Source: a cyanobacterium endosymbiont of Epithemia turgida isolate EtSB Lake Yunoko (lineage in GTDB: Bacteria > Cyanobacteriota > Cyanobacteriia > Cyanobacteriales > Microcystaceae). Taken from it: a stretch of DNA of 32,000 bases. Shown piece after piece: positions 31,711 through 32,000 of this stretch. The notes beneath the pieces are model-generated. The model was not told the origin of the DNA, searched no databases, and saw only the letters and a program-made list of their open reading frames with translations. Numbering within the stretch: the stretch's first letter is position 1; each line of letters starts with the position of its first letter. The stretch lies in NCBI RefSeq assembly GCF_000829235.1, contig NZ_AP012549.1, forward strand, positions 173,397 to 205,396, given 5' to 3'. The translations under genes were made by a program, and so were the position numbers.

Positions 31711-32000
31711 TCTATCTATTAATTTTTTATATATAAATAGAAATATAAAAAAATATTGTAATTTATACTTATAAATATATTTTTTTATCAGAAAATTATA
31801 TACTTTACTATGTTTGTTTATTAACTTTTGATAAAAAATAGTAGCAATATTTATATTCAAAACTAATTTAAAATATCTAATTTACGCAATTTTAAATCTA
31901 AATTAAAACTAAAATATAAACTACCTAAATTAGTATTTAGGTAACAACTTATAACTATAATATACCTATTAATAGAGACTATTATATTAATAAATTACAA

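Noticed and set aside
1-32000. CRISPR arrays, transposases, phage genes, toxin-antitoxin or biosynthetic clusters
   Set aside because: No direct-repeat/spacer pattern and no such protein among the ORFs; nothing supports a new defence or biosynthetic system here.

Overview
AT-rich chromosomal window from a cyanobacterium with a decaying genome. Intact CDSs cover only about 54% of 32 kb and are separated by long non-coding stretches. The overall picture (FtsQ/FtsZ, HisH, Tic22-like proteins, a cyanobacterial-type ferrochelatase, interrupted gene remnants) suggests a host-restricted or endosymbiotic cyanobacterium; this is inference and no specific organism is asserted. Supported genes: recJ, a LapA-like small membrane protein, rsmD, hisH, a UbiH-type FAD hydroxylase, an alpha/beta hydrolase, a GNAT acetyltransferase, tRNA-Pro(UGG), two tandem Tic22-like genes, prmC, a GT39/ArnT-like glycosyltransferase, a PAP2 phosphatase, hemH, a YqeG-like HAD phosphatase, a PfkB/adenosine kinase-like gene, an S41 C-terminal processing protease, ftsQ and ftsZ. 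Best second-look items: (1) hemH ends exactly where cyanobacterial ferrochelatases normally continue into a CAB/LHC-like domain, and a degraded duplicate of its 3' end lies directly downstream; (2) a clearly decayed SAM-methyltransferase pseudogene at 21966-22599; (3) several unrelated near-perfect long inverted repeats in the decayed intergenic DNA; (4) unannotated decayed gene fragments at about 1035-1277 and 10118-10420. I found no CRISPR array, transposase, prophage, defence island or biosynthetic cluster, and no convincing evidence for a novel multi-gene system.
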